NCBI GenBank assembly: GCA_964276515.1
Contig: OZ193909.1
Coordinates: 17,360,001 to 17,424,000 of the forward strand
Direction: 5' to 3'
Length of the DNA stretch: 64,000 nt
DNA from: Gordius albopunctatus
Lineage: Eukaryota
The notes beneath the pieces are model-generated. The model searched no databases and was not told the DNA's origin. It saw only the letters and a program-made list of their open reading frames with translations. Made by a program: the position numbers and the translations under genes. This document shows positions 44,205 to 57,975 of this stretch, in pieces. The stretch's first letter is position 1. Every line of letters begins with the position of its first letter.

Positions 44205-47170
44205 CAGAGGTCAGATTTGTTGGGAATTTTCTGCCCGAACCCGGCCCGATTCAATTTTTTAACTTCGTTGCCCGCCCGGGCCCGCCCGAACCCATCTAAG
44301 TGTCCGCCCGGGCCCGCCCGAATCGTTAAAGCTGCCCGAATTGCCCGGCCCGAAATATTAAATTTGCCCTTTAGTCCCGAATTTATGAGGTCCCAAACAG
44401 AGGTCGGATTTGTTAAATTTTCATCCACGTCCTTGTCTAAAACATCATTCAAGTATGAATCGATCTCATCTAATGCCGTATCATCTTCATCATCAGCCCA
44501 TTCCGAAAATGTCGCCTTTCTTTTTTTACCTGCTTAAATAAAGTATAGGGCATCATAAATTAATCTTACCATGAGAGATTGGATCTTTAGGAATGGTTAC
44601 ACTTACAACATCCATTTCTTCATAATCTTTAATTGTTTTGCGCACAAAGCTAATAACTTCGTCCCTTTCATTTTGTCCCAGCATTTTTAATTTTCGAAAT
44701 CGGGGGTTTAGCATTGTTGCTGCTTTATGATATAATGTGAGCGCAAAAACCTCGTTAATTTCATCTTTTAATCTTGTTTTGAGAGTGGAAATTTCGTCGT
44801 GGTCTTTTGGATCGTTTTTTAAAGAATCAATTATTTTAATTTTCCACAAAAATATATAAGGAAAAGTTGTATCCGAATCAGCCTGAAGCTGAGTGCTAGC
44901 TTCTTCAAATGGCATTAAAAGCTTAATAATTTCGTTGAGCAAGCTTAAATCAATATTCATTAACTTATGAGTTTCACACTTTTGCGTCAATATTGTGCCA
45001 ATATTGTCGTATTGACGTTGTATTGATTTAAGCATGGCCAATTTTGTATTCCACCTAACATCAACGTCTTGATGCAAGGTGTACTTAAGATCTTTGTTGA
45101 GACCACTTTGTTTAAAATATTTTACTAGTATTTTTGAATCATTTAAAATATTGGAAATTTCTGGGGCAAAATCTTTTAAACAACTTTCTTTAAAGGAATG
45201 TCTTAATATTGTATTGATTAAATGTGCTGTACAGTTGTAACGGTTATACTGTTCCAGGGCCTTTTTAATATTTGCGCCTTTGTCTGTGACAAAATTAATT
45301 GATTGAAAACTTTCCTTTTTAAAGCCAAATGACATGAATTTTTTTATTAATTCAGTTTTAATATTTTCTCCGCTTTTTTTATCGGGATTAAACTTTGTCG
45401 TGAAAAGAAGGTTATTTGATAATACCCAATCTTCATTTATATAATGCAAGGTAAATGATATATAATTATTTTTAATATGATCGTCTACCCACATATCTGT
45501 GGTGGCAGACACGAGGCCGTTGTCCAAATAAGGAATTAACTTTTCCGCGACATCCTTTCTTAATTTGTCGGACAAATTATTTACATTTTTTGATATTGTA
45601 GTAGGATGAGGCATTATATTATTAATATCTATGTGACCTTTGGAAGCCCCAATATCAATTAATAATTGACAAAAAGCCTCGAAGCCTTGGCCTGCAATAG
45701 CCTCAAATGGCCTAATATCTTTTGCGCAAAATAATACTGCACTTTTTGTTAGCTTTTGTTTAATCTCACTAATAGCATTTAAAGCGAGATTTTTATTGAT
45801 GTATTGTGTTATTTTTGGATTTGAGGGAATGCATGAATGCCTATTTAAATGCGAAGTTCCATCGCTGGATTTATATTTTAAAATTTTACAACAATTTTTG
45901 CATATTATAAAGCCCGAATATGCGCCAGCGCCATTAACTATCGTTTTAAACTTCTGCCAAACAGCACTTTTTAGTTCAACATCTTTTGTTGTAAAAACAC
46001 CATCATCAATACACTTCTTCACATCTACTGGGTTCAATGAGGCACACTGACTACTTTCTGACGAACAAGTTGACATGCTGCAAATGAGAAAATATATAAA
46101 ATAGTTCATTTATTCAGCAAAATATAACTCAAAAGTAAATTTATCCAGGAACTAAGAGATTTTCAGAATACAGTAACAGAGTTTAAATTTAGAATAGGGA
46201 AGACCGGGGACTAAATAGCCATTAAAAATTGTGGGAAGGGGTGAAAATGCTTATAGGGGGGTATTAAATGCAAAATGATTAGTTAATTATTTATACAAAT
46301 TTTCTATGCCTACAAGAAAATTTAAAATTAAAAATTTAAAATTGGGAGGTTGATGCTAACTAATAATAATGACTCGTCTTACCGTAGATTATTTATGATG
46401 TATATGACATTAAGTTATGAAAATATTTGAAGTGGTTTTAAGAATGTTTCATAAATAAACAACAAAAATAAGAATGCAATATTTTGGACAATTTGCGTCA
46501 AACTTAAATTACTTATAACATATGAGAGAGTTAAAAGTATAGGGAAATTCAGCAAGCAAATAATACAAGATATAATTACTTTTAAATAAGTCTAGTATAA
46601 AAAAATAAATATCGATATTTGAATTAATTTAGCTAATGATCATATAATCAAAGTAACTGTTAACAAATAAATCATAAATCTACTCATCTCATAAATTGCA
46701 TAGCAATTAATATAACTTACTTTGCCATAGAATGATAATTTAGTTGTTAAAAAATTTAAATAATTAGAATGTAACACTTATATTCGCGCGCATTGTTAGA
46801 AAATGGCATGAGCCCTTGTTTTAAGTCTAGACGGCGACGGCACACATGTGTGTGTAAGTGTATTGCGAACATGAAATGGCTACATAAATATAAATAATCC
46901 AATCCTTTTCTGAAACTATAAACGTACGATAAGGATTTAAGCGATGGAAAAAAATCTAGTCAAAAAATTGTTTATAAGCGAATTTTTCTTTTTTCGAGGA
47001 AAATTAATTTGAAAAATTTTTGGCATGCCCGAATTGCCCGAATCTTATCAGCGTGCCCGCCCGGGCCCGCCCGAAAATTAAAACTTAAGACAGTTGCCCG
47101 GCCCGGCCCGGCCCATGGGCCGGGCCGGGCGGGCCGGGCAGCGGGCCGGGCCGGGCATTTCTGGTCTCTG
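44205..47170 (-). mobile_element. Hermes/hobo-like hAT transposon with a long transposase ORF but lacking the C-terminal catalytic/dimerisation segment
   Basis: TSD CAAGGAAT; termini CAGAGGTCAGA / TCTGGTCTCTG; GCCCG subterminal repeats. Confidence 0.95.
44410..46109 (-). pseudogene. hAT transposase (BED finger, first two catalytic Asp), C-terminally deleted
   Basis: VWQKF..CKNC..GTSHLNRH; DIRPF; ATTDMW; VTDKGANI; CTAH; VRWNT. A short intron at ~44530-44569 precedes an acidic exon that runs into the terminal repeats with no SERxFS motif. Confidence 0.88.
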
Positions 47171-48779
47171 CAAGGAATAGAAACTCTATATTAAACAAAC
47201 TTATTATTCTCCTCTCATCGCTCCCGGAAGATTTCTGGCGGCACTACCGTCAATACCCAACTATGAAATTAAAAATAAGTCGGAAAAGATGGGCTCCCCA
47301 TTATAAATAATATATTTCCCCACCCCTCTACAAATAAGAGGTAGTTATTTATAACCAGTAATCAATTTGCCCGAACAAATACTTGCTAAAATGCTATAAT
47401 ATGTAAAATACAAGGCCGGTGACCTTCACCCACCGCTCCCCCTTGGAGCGACTCTATTTTTAAACTAATATATTTTCTACTGCTCAAATGCTTCCGGAAT
47501 TGATATCGCTTAAATACTAGTTTACTCTAAAAATAAGAGTGAAGCAGATTGACCCCCTCCCCCCATTATAAGGAAAGTTAACCTCTACTCCTCTACAAAA
47601 ATGGTCTTATTTATAACCAGTAATTCATCTACGAACTCACTTCTTATGTATTAACAATATACAAAACACAACTACTATTAAGTTTTACCCCAACTTTTAA
47701 TCCCTTATACTCAAATTAAAATGATCCTAAAATTGGGTTCTCTCAATACTCAAACCTTAAGAGAACCAGGAACGCTACAGAGCCTTACTTTATTTGCCTC
47801 CCACCACAGAATTCATATTCTCTGTGTTCAACAAACAAGATATTCACATCGCAAAGTTCTCCCCGTTAACGACTATAATTGCTATTGCACGGAATGAGGA
47901 GGGGGCTATAAAATATTCATGGTTAAATGTTTTTGGAACTATTTTTTTGGATGAAAATGATTTTTTTGAAATCGAATGTTTGTTGTGTTTTACTTGTTGC
48001 AGATAAAAATTATTCGAAAGATAAAAATAATTTATAATTTGTGTAATAATATTATATTTTTGAAGGGACATAACAAAAACACCAAGCTTAGATACAGTTT
48101 ATTTGATATTGTAACCCTCCCTTCCCCTTACCCCCCCCCCCTTCCCAAAAAAAATTATACAACTCTGCGTACGCCCCTGGCCTAATTGTTATAATAAAAG
48201 TTGAATGTCCTGTCCGGTAATCGTTTCGTATTAGCTTAGCAAAGCCTTTGATTTAATATTAGTACACTTTATAGATAGGCTAGCTTAGAGATTAACAAGT
48301 TTGACTTCACTACAGGCACAACAACAGCACACATCGTGTTGATGATGGTGATGTGATGACAATAACAACTAGCTAATAACACCCCCTTAGCATATATCAA
48401 AGGGTCCATCGGGTCCTTGTGAAAAAATAATAGACTAGCTAATGGTCGGTATTTAACACACCCACACTCAATTTCTTCACCAGAAAAGAAGACTAACAGT
48501 GTGGGTGTGGCTCTTTTTCTTAACACTATAATACCCCCTCAGCACACCCTAGGGCGCGCTCACAACACTATCGACTACTTATAAAATGATAACGTACAAA
48601 TGAAACATATTATGTTCAACTAAGCTTACACTAACTTTTCAATGGCCTATCGCCATTTACCATACAATATCTTATATCCAAAACGCCAGTTATTTACCAA
48701 AAGTAATATATACAAGGAAGAGTATGTATAGGGGGCTTTTAGAGCAGTTGGATTTGTCGATAGAGTTCTTTATGTTTAA

Positions 48780-51349
48780 CTAGCTGTGCCCGGCCAAGCG
48801 TTGCTTTGGCTTAGTCCTTAATTAGCTAAATGGGTCAATCGTTTATTGTTAAGCTGTGTAACGCACAGAAAAGTTGAACGTTGTAAAATAGCGAACCTCA
48901 ATCCCGATTTGCTATTCGTTAAAAGCACAAAATGATGAGTTTTGACGTTTAGTACGTGTTTTTTTACTAGCAGGGGATTGGGTGGGGATTTGCAAAAAGC
49001 ATTGTTACTTTTGACGATCTCATTGTTATACCATAGTGTTTCTAAATTTGAACGTCATAGAGATAGATAAGTAATACATTTAACTGATATAATTATATTC
49101 ATCTTAATAACATTTTCTAAGGAGGTAGATGCTAATTGTGTTGTCACTTTCTTGTGCCGAAGATCGCAAAACACTCAAATACCGAGCCATTGCTCATTCT
49201 AAGATTTTTATTCCAATAGTAGCTTCCTGTTCGGCCACTTTTGGCAAAAAAGCATTAGCTTTTTTTAAATCGATAGGAAACAGATCCCCCAAAGCTAAAT
49301 ACTCACCCAGCCTTATTTTACGCCAAAAAATCGGAATTCTGATAGCTAAATATAATTACAAATCTTTTTCTGACACATGGCCCGTGTTGGCTATTGACAA
49401 TTGTGATGAATAATTTTTTTTTATTTATAATATTATTTTAAGTCCGTTTATTGTATATTTCATGTACCAATTTTAGCGAATAAAAGCATTTTAATCATTA
49501 AAAAAATATTATTTTTTACCCTCTTGGGGTGTTTTGCCCCCCCCCCCCCATATTAATGTTCAATTGTCTTGTTTAATGTATTTGTTTGTTATCAAATCTG
49601 GAATGAAATAATATATAAAATATAAAAATGTATATAATACCTTTCTAAAACTCTTGTGTATTAGTTATCTCTGTTCTTGTTTAATGTATTAGTTATATCT
49701 AATTCAAATTTAGGATAATTGAAGTTCAAATTTAAAAACGCTAATTGGATTGCCTTGAATGTTAGACAGAATAAGATTGTTAATCTCGCGGACGTCATTA
49801 TTCTTGGGGGCGAGAATAGCCCGTTGGCGGAGCCAAAGTCGATCATGATAATGGGCGTTAATATTTGGAAACAGTTTATCAACCAAGCAGTTTAGATGGA
49901 ACAAAATTGCAAATGTTGGTAGGAAAGATATCCGTCCTGAGCATATATCAACGTGCACGGTTGCCTTCCCAATTTCTAGCAATTAATGTGATAATATCTA
50001 ACATGCAGGATGATTTAGAAATACTACACGCATATTAATAGTTAGATTTAATTTTTTGACATAAGGCAACAAAATAGAATATTTTAGGCAAGCATTAATT
50101 TCATCCGCAGGGGTGGATCGTAAGAGAACCGCTAAAGTTTGCCTGAAATCTCCTGCAAGCAATAACCTTGCGTTACCAATAGGTTTGATGGTTCCGTTGT
50201 GCATTCATCTCGAACGATAAGTTTGCCCTTCTGTAATACTATACCCATTGCATATGTTCTGGAAATGTTGCGCAAGAGTTTCAAAGTAATAAGCGTTTAA
50301 AGACAATTTTTAAGCTGAATGAGCAGTTTTTCTACCGGGTAATTATGTGACAGCCCTTCCGGAAGACGCTAGAACCACGGCTATATTAAATTGGGAACGA
50401 ATAGTTGCCAGAGCAAAGTCAGTAGGAAAGTTTTACCAGTTCCTCCTCAAGTATCTAAGAAGAAGACTTCTCCTTTATTAACAGCAAGCAAAATCTTATT
50501 GTAAAGGGGGGAAAAACGTTTTAAGTTCAATTAGGATGGAGGGGGGGGGGGCATATAAATTTTTTTTGCATTTTTAAGGGTTTTTGTATTGAATTATTTT
50601 TGTCATTTAAGGGGGTGGGGGCATAAACCCAAGGGCTATCTACCTAGAATGGTTGCCACGCTACCACCATCCTCTGTTGATCTTATGTTTTATAAAGGAT
50701 ACCCATCACTGCCCGTAATATAACTAATGTAGAGCAGACGTTCCGAATCCATTTTGGCTCACATATTACATCGATGGAAAAATTGGCGTCTTTTAAATAT
50801 GATTTTCTTCGTGCTCCCGAAGCATTATTCTGTATGAATAATCATATAACTGCATTTCAAGTTTGTCGGTTAACCATTGTCTGCATTTATCAACTTACCG
50901 TTAAAGTAATCTTCCGAACTCCATATAAAAAGCAAAAAGCACGAATTCTAAAACCGCGCGTTATATTTATTTAAGAAAATGGTGATGTTTTACGGTATAA
51001 AGAATATTTATTTGTTACAGCTTTATTTATTGTAAAAATACGGGCTTAGTTGAGTAAAATATTGAGACACAAATTACAAAGCAATCTTGGAAAAATTTTA
51101 AGCAAATTAGTAGCACCCTAACGATAAATAAGTATAAAAAACGTAGTATAAATAATCCGCTAGATGGCAATAGACTACCAAAAAACGTTGTTCCCGCTGT
51201 CAACCATCTACAATGCTAAGGCAAAAATCTGGCCAAATTTGGTGGCAATCGGTTAAGAACTCTAAAAGTTATTAGCGTTCAAAAAAAGGGACTTAGATTT
51301 TTAATTGCTATGCAATTTATGGGCTCGTCGTTTTATATATACAGATAGA
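48780..51349 (-). mobile_element. Helitron (subfamily B), both termini present, PIF1 pseudogene, containing a CRE 3' fragment
   Basis: Minus-strand A|TC at 51350/51349 and CTAG|T at 48783-48779 with the GCCAAAGCAACGCTTGGC hairpin; GDFRQTL motif. Confidence 0.9.
49140..49506 (+). mobile_element. 5'-truncated CRE-like retroelement (RLE C-terminus + 3'UTR)
   Basis: EDRKTLKY...IFIPIVASCSATFGKKALAFFKSIG...LRQKIGIL...KSFSDTWP is homologous to the end of 27189-27773; AATAAA and a short A-tail follow. Confidence 0.85.
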
Positions 51350-51955
51350 TCTCGGTTGTTGTGCGCGAGCTTCTGAAGCTTGCTTGTGCATGATTTATTT
51401 TGCTGCCCATGTACGATTTAACTCGGTGGTAGAGTATGTTTATGAAAATTTTTGAGGTGACATTTATTAGTGCTATACCTCTATAGCTATTGGGGTCAAA
51501 TTGGTTGCCTTTTTTGAAGATTTTTATCAGATCACTGCGACCATGATACGGGCAGTTGTTCGTTTGTCCAGCCAGATCCTTTCGAATAATGGTTGTAGGA
51601 GCTGGGAAGAAGTTTTAGGATTGGCCTTGTAAAGTTCGGCTGAGATTCCATCTTTGTCGGTAGCTTTGTGGTTCCTAAGTTTTTTATGGTTTGCATGATC
51701 TCGTAACCACTAGGGGGTTGGTAATCTATGTTGGCCTCTCCAGGGCCTTTGAAGCCCTTGATAAATCCTGCATAAATATCTGTATAAGGGAATGGGGTGG
51801 GGAAGGAAAGGATGTCGCGGAAGTGTTCTTCCCATGATTTCGTTTGAACCATGGAATCTTTGGGATCGGGGTTGGAGGTTGCATTGGATGCTCGTTGCAA
51901 CTGAGGTTCAAGCCTTTAGTTAGGGCTTTTACGTTTTTATAAAGTTTGTGCGTAT

Positions 51956-52158
51956 TAGAGTTGTTAAATTGCTAACTTTCTTCAAACTCCAGACGCGCGC
52001 ACGCACACTGAGTTGCTTAATATGCGCGTTAGCACAATATGTGCTCTCTGTTTGGTGCACTAGGTAGAACATTAGCATATAGAAATGCTCGAGGACCGAG
52101 CAGAAACTCGAGCAGATGGTAGCTGGAGTCGAAGAAAGTTAGCAATTTAACAACTCTA
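51956..52158. mobile_element. 203-bp hAT MITE
   Basis: Perfect 28-bp TIR TAGAGTTGTTAAATTGCTAACTTTCTTC; TSD GTGCGTAT. Confidence 0.95.
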
Positions 52159-53031
52159 GTGCGTATGGTTCGGTTTACTTGCAACTTCTGCTTCTTTTAT
52201 TATATCCACAGCGTATATCCACTTATCGCGTTGCACGCTGGCCTTTATAAGCTTGTTGATTGCTTTTAGACGCTCTTTCTTAAATTTGGCTGATGATCTG
52301 GTTATTGCGCTCCTATCATCCGTAAGGCGAAGGGATTCAAAGGAGAGCGATTTGTTATTATGGGGGGTGGATTTTAAGTTGAGCGATGATGTGATAAGGC
52401 TTTCTGTTATCCAAGCGCTTTGCTCATCGATGGTCATGTTAATTGGTTGTGGTGTTGACTCAATTCTCTTTTGCAGGTTCTCGTTTACTCTCAGCGTCGT
52501 TTTGACGTGGCAAGGGAGTTACGCGAGCCTTTTTTGAGGTGTTATGTAGCGATGCTGACGTGATTTAGATATCTGCCTCTAATATGTGGTGGTCCGGTGA
52601 TATGTAAGGGTTGGGGTAGGATGCGTAGTTTCTAACAAATCTTTTTGTATTAGAATTCGGTCAGGATGTGATTGATTTGAGAGCTTGAGGGCCTATCAGA
52701 CCTTATGACGATGGCTGCAATATTTCGAGATGTGGAGGGTGCTTTTATTATATGGATCTCATTTTAGTAAGTGGTAGATCCCGAGCACAGCATAATCCCC
52801 GTTTGCATGAAGTGCTAGGCCGGATTAAGGAGAGCGGTATGATCTTTAGCCAAGAAAAAAGTGTGTTTGCGGTAAAAGAAATAACCGATTTGGGTCATAT
52901 ATTGAGGGGAGCTACTATAGAACCGGTGGCGGACTAGGTGTGATTAGAACGTTGAGAATTCCTAGCACAAAAAAGAGCTACAGAGCTTCTTGGGTGTTTT
53001 TAATTATTATAGTTAGCTTATCAAATATTTA

Positions 53032-56000
53032 TAGTGCTGTAAAAATTTGTAAAAAAATCGAACGCGTTCGCGTTCAACGTTCATTGACAAAAATCGAACG
53101 CGTTCACGTTCGTTTAAATAAAAAAGGAACGCGTTCACGTTCGTTCAAAATTTTATGATAAATTTTTTTAAAATTTAATTTATTATAAATAAATGTCTTA
53201 TATCTTTTAATACAATTCCTTTTAGTTTTAAAAAAGGGATAAATTCTGAAACTACCTGCCCAATTCGCTCGCAACTTTACCCGTAGGTTCCCAGGGCGGC
53301 CAGGGGTAAAATAGCTTTTTCAGATTCCTAAAATAGCTTTTCGTTTTAAAAATATCGGACATTTCCCGGGCAGTTTCATTTATAGCATCATATACAATAA
53401 TGACGTCATACATACAAGGCTGAAGTTTTCTCGCATTAAATATTTAAAAGTATAATAAAAATGTTACAGTATACGGTCAAAATTATTGGGGTTTAACAAA
53501 CTATTTAAATTAAATAAATAATATTTAAATTATTATCACGTGGTCGATCATGGAAGCATATTTTTAATAATTATCCATCCTTCAATTAATTATTTTATTA
53601 TATTTAAGAAAATTGTATTTCAAATAAATCAGCTAACTAGAAAAATAAAATAATGGTATTATTGTATAATAAGCAGGTTTTGAATTAGGGGGGGGGGCAG
53701 ATTAAAAAAAAATTTCTCGACTATCCAAAAATTTTCATGAGAGAAAAAAAGGTCTTCGACTACTAAATTCCTAAATTTTTCCTGAGACCCGCAAGGGGTA
53801 GCCGCCAGAGGTCAGATTTGTTGGGAATTTTCTGCCCGAACCCGGCCCGACTAAATCTTTTACCTTCATTGCCCGCCTGAACCCATCTAAGTGTCCGCCG
53901 GGGTCCGCCCGAATTGTTAAAGCTGCCCGAATTGCCCGGCCCAAAATATTAAATTTGCCCGTTAGTCCCGAATTTATGAGGTCCCAAAAAGAGGTCAGAG
54001 TAGTTAAAATTTTTCTGCCCGAACCCGCCCCGGTCCAATTTTAATTAAATTGCCCGCCTGAACCCTTCTAAGTGTCGGCTCAGCCATGCCAAAATCATTA
54101 GAGCTGCCCGGCGTGATTAATAAAATTTTCCCGGTAGACCCGAAATTATCCAAACCCAAAATCTTTAACCACTATTACAAAATAAGCAATGGCATATTGA
54201 TCCGAACAAAGATGACAATATTTTATTATTCATATCGTCGACAATTTCCGGGGATAATCTTGTGCGTCTTTCCTCTATTAATCTTCCTGCGATAGAAAAA
54301 CTTCTTTCACTAGCAGCACTCGTCGCCAGGATGGCAAAGAGTATTTTTTTAAACCTTGCTAATTTAGGATACCTAAAATAGTTATAATTTTTAATAACTT
54401 TAATGTGACTTGTTTGCTTTTTTTTCCACCGTGTGTTTTTAGTTGTTAAGAAATTTAATGAATTACAATTATGCGCATTGTTAGAAAATGGCATGAGCCT
54501 TTGTTTTAAGTCTAGACGGCACACATGTGCAGTGTATTGCGAACAATGAAATGGGTTTGGCTACATAAATATAAATAATCCAATTCTTTCCATAATGGAG
54601 TAGGGCAAAGATTTAACTGAACGCGATAAAAATGTAATAAAATAATTTACTACCAGAGAGTAAAATGGTTTCTTCCATAGTATTAGATTAGAGAAACAGT
54701 TTACAGGGGCGTAGCCAGCTTTAAAATTAGAGGGGGGTAATAATGATTTAGGAAGGGGCAAAATAATCATTTTTTGAAAATTTAGCCATAATTTTAATAC
54801 ATTTTAACAAATTTTTGAGTTTAGAGGGGGGCAGCTGCCCCTTCCTGCCCCCCCCCTTGTCTACGCCCATGGCAGTTTAAATCGTTATGATTTTATTCTT
54901 TTATAATATAATCTGAAAATTAAAATTTTTTGATCTTGAGACAAACCAGTTAAACTAATTTATTCGAAATAAAAATTAATTTTGAAGAAATTGAAATTAG
55001 GACATTATATAAACGTACAATGAATATTTAAGCGATGAAAAAAAATCTAGTCAAATTTATTATGGCCCAAAATTGTTTATAAGCGAATTTTTCTTTTTTC
55101 AAGGAAAATTAATTTGATAAAATTCTGGACATGCCCGAATCTTATCAGCGTGCCCGCCCGAAAATTAAAATTTAAGGCAGTTGCCCGGCCCAGCGGACCG
55201 GGTATTTCTGGTCTCTGGTAGCCGCCCTCTCCTGACTAATTAGGGGGTACAGCCGCCCTTTCTGCCCTTCCCTGGCTAATTAGGGGGGGGGGGCAAAACA
55301 TAATTTTTAAGGGTTTTTGTATTGAAAAATTATTTTTTTTAAATTAGGGGGGAAGGGGTACGACCATGAATCAAAGTAATTTTTTTGCTTATTTTTTACA
55401 TCATTTATTATTATTATTATTATAGGACGGTCGTGTCCCCTCCTGCGTGGCTAAATAAATTAAAAAATCTAATTTTGTCATTTTTTGCGCGTTAAATAAG
55501 GAGAAAAATGAAAATACAATTAACAAAGTGCCAATAAATGTTGATATATATATCTCAGTTCTTCGGACATTATTAAGTTCAGAATTAAAAGTTTTATTCA
55601 GAAACAAATAATTATGATATTGTTTCTTAATTACAAAAAAATATAAAAAATTGCTTGAAGAGCCAGGGGGCCAAAGATTTTTCCCTTTGGGGGGGGGGGC
55701 ATGGGACCAGGTTTTATCTCTTGGGTGGGCCTGGGCCTTGGACCCTCTTTAACTATTTGTTTGAAAATTATCAAACTTTATTTTTACTTCAATAACCGCT
55801 TTATCATCATGTATGCCCTAAAATTCCAACATAATTTAATACACCCGGGTAAATGGCAAAACAACGTTTGCCGGGTTCATCTAGTTTAATATAAATAAAT
55901 GTCTTATATTTTTTAATACAATAAATACCCATAATAAAAAATAATAGTTTTATTTCGAAAATTCTATTTTCTTATTGATTTTTAATAATAAATGTTTTTC

Positions 56001-56778
56001 AAAATTGTCTTCTAATAAGCAGGAACGCTTGGCAGTTAATACAGCATTAGTTATACTAAAAACCTGTTCCACAGGGGCAGATGAGGGGATTGGAGTATTA
56101 TACTTAATAAACAAAATTTTTAAAGGAGGAAATTTATTAAAAACTTTTAATGATTTGTCCCTCGCTTCAAAAAATTGCGACAAGATATCACTTCCTCGCC
56201 AAAAAATGATATCTCGGAATTGACAGCTCTTTCATTATCAATTCTAGGGGTTTCAATCCATTTTTTCAATAACATTAAAAGTTTATTCTTTATAGGTTCA
56301 TTTTAATTATTGAATTTGATCTTTTATATGAAACGAGTGAAAAATATTTTTCATATTTTGGCCATGGCAATTTCAATTCATTTGCTGATTTTGAATATTC
56401 AGAATCTGAAGATGACGACGATATAATATTATGATTGTTCATATTAACCTATAAATTAAACTATAATTAATAATATCAAACTAATTAACTTTAATCTTAT
56501 CTTCTTTTGCACGTTATAGTATGTTAAAAGTATTTCGGAATTGGTAATAGGAAACAGGAAAAACAGCTGATTAAAAAATATAAGACTTTTTTGTTAAAAA
56601 TTCGGATTAACATTAATTTTCAAATAAATAAAAATAAAAAAGGGTTTTTAAAATTGAACGAACGTTGAATTCGAACGTGTTCATCAAAAAAAGAACGCGT
56701 TCACGTTCAAAGTTCACCAAAAAATAAAAGAACGCCGTTCATGAACGCGTTCATAAAATTTGAACGCGTTCAGCACTA
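53032..56778 (-). mobile_element. Degenerate hAT element containing further nested elements
   Basis: Termini TAGTGCTG / CAGCACTA; TSD AATATTTA / AATATTTC; GAACGCGTTC subterminal repeats; C-terminal remnant KYNTPIPSSAPVEQVFS at 55950-56183. Confidence 0.85.
53806..55217 (-). mobile_element. Internally deleted copy of the 44205 hAT family that retains the C-terminal transposase segment
   Basis: TSD GTAGCCGC; same termini; YPKLARF...ATSAASERSFSIAGRLIEERRTRLSPE at ~54230-54375. Confidence 0.92.
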
Positions 56779-57011
56779 AATATTTCCAATTGGCAGCACC
56801 CTCATTAAGAAATTTACTATATCTCATGACCCCCCTTTTACACCTTTTATCTTTCTCTCGCGTCTTAATTAACCTTTGACACTCGTTGGTGTGAAAATTT
56901 CTCGCGTTTATGTATATACTTTTTGTAGTTGTATGGAATATAAAATAAAACAAGAGTAAGGGGGATATCCCGAATGGGACTCTCCCTTCTCAAATTAGCA
57001 TTTGTGTAGGA

Positions 57012-57975
57012 TAGAGCCCCGCACGGGCGACCCGAAACCCGGTCGGGTTCGGGTTAAAAATTTTAAAATGCTTTCGGGTCGGGTCGGGTTCGGGTTGAAA
57101 ATTTTCAAACTCGGGTGGGGTCGGGTTGAAGGTTATGAATTTTAAATTGCATAATAGACATATCTTTTAAATTAATGCCATTATATATTATATTTTATAA
57201 TTAATATTGAAATATATGATTAATTTATCTCATACATTTATGAATTTCTTTTAAGTTATATCTAAATTTTGTATTTGCGCAATTTAAATTTCAGAAAGGT
57301 AAAATATCTTGATGCTATAAATAATAATAAACATATAATTAATATCACAAAACTTATTAACGATTTTGTGAACTCCCATTTTTCTTTATTAAATATTGAT
57401 GTCTCAACTAACTTTACCGTCTAACATACACATTAGAATAAAATAAAATTATCATGATTATTTAATAAACTAATGATTAAAATGTATAAGAACATGGTTT
57501 AAAAAATTAGAGTCTAAAAAAATGATAAAATTTTCTCCTTTCATCTCCGCACAATTCCATGATTAGCCTTAAAATCAAACTTGTTTGATAATAAAGACAG
57601 ACTCATTTTGATTTAGCAAAAGTTTAGGAATATGTGCATTTTTTATGGTGCCTACTGAAGATAATGAATGGCTTGTTAAGTGGGATACTTTGGGTGAAAT
57701 ATATTTTTTTAAAACTGTCTGAATTAGGATCTACTTTTCTTCTAATGCTATCACTTCTGGCAAACATGTTTTTAAATGTTGTTTAATCTGTTGTTGTTTT
57801 TTATGGAGATAACATTTTGCTGCCATTTAAAACCATCAAAGTCAATTTTACACCAATCACTTTTTTTACTTTTGGGTCGGGTCGGGTTAAAAAATTCAAA
57901 ACTCGGGTTCGGGTTTAAAAAATTCAAAACTCGGGTTCGGGTCGGGTCGGGTCGGGTTCACTATGCATGGCTCTA
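57012..57975. mobile_element. Non-autonomous hAT element
   Basis: TAGAGCC...GCA / TGCATGGCTCTA termini; (TCGGG)n subterminal repeats; imperfect TSD GTGTAGGA / GTGAGGGA. Confidence 0.8.

Larger units (their letters stand above)
48720..52620 (-). mobile_element. Degenerate RTE-like LINE split by a Helitron (48780-51349) and a hAT MITE (51956-52158)
   Basis: WEEHFRDIL; IFKKGNQFDPNSYRGIALINVTSKIF; QASFRSSR; RT-like sequence appears to resume below 48779. Confidence 0.75.

Noticed and set aside
47780..48560. Short ORFs on both strands
   Set aside because: No recognisable domains, and stops in plausible spliced frames; probably repeat-derived.
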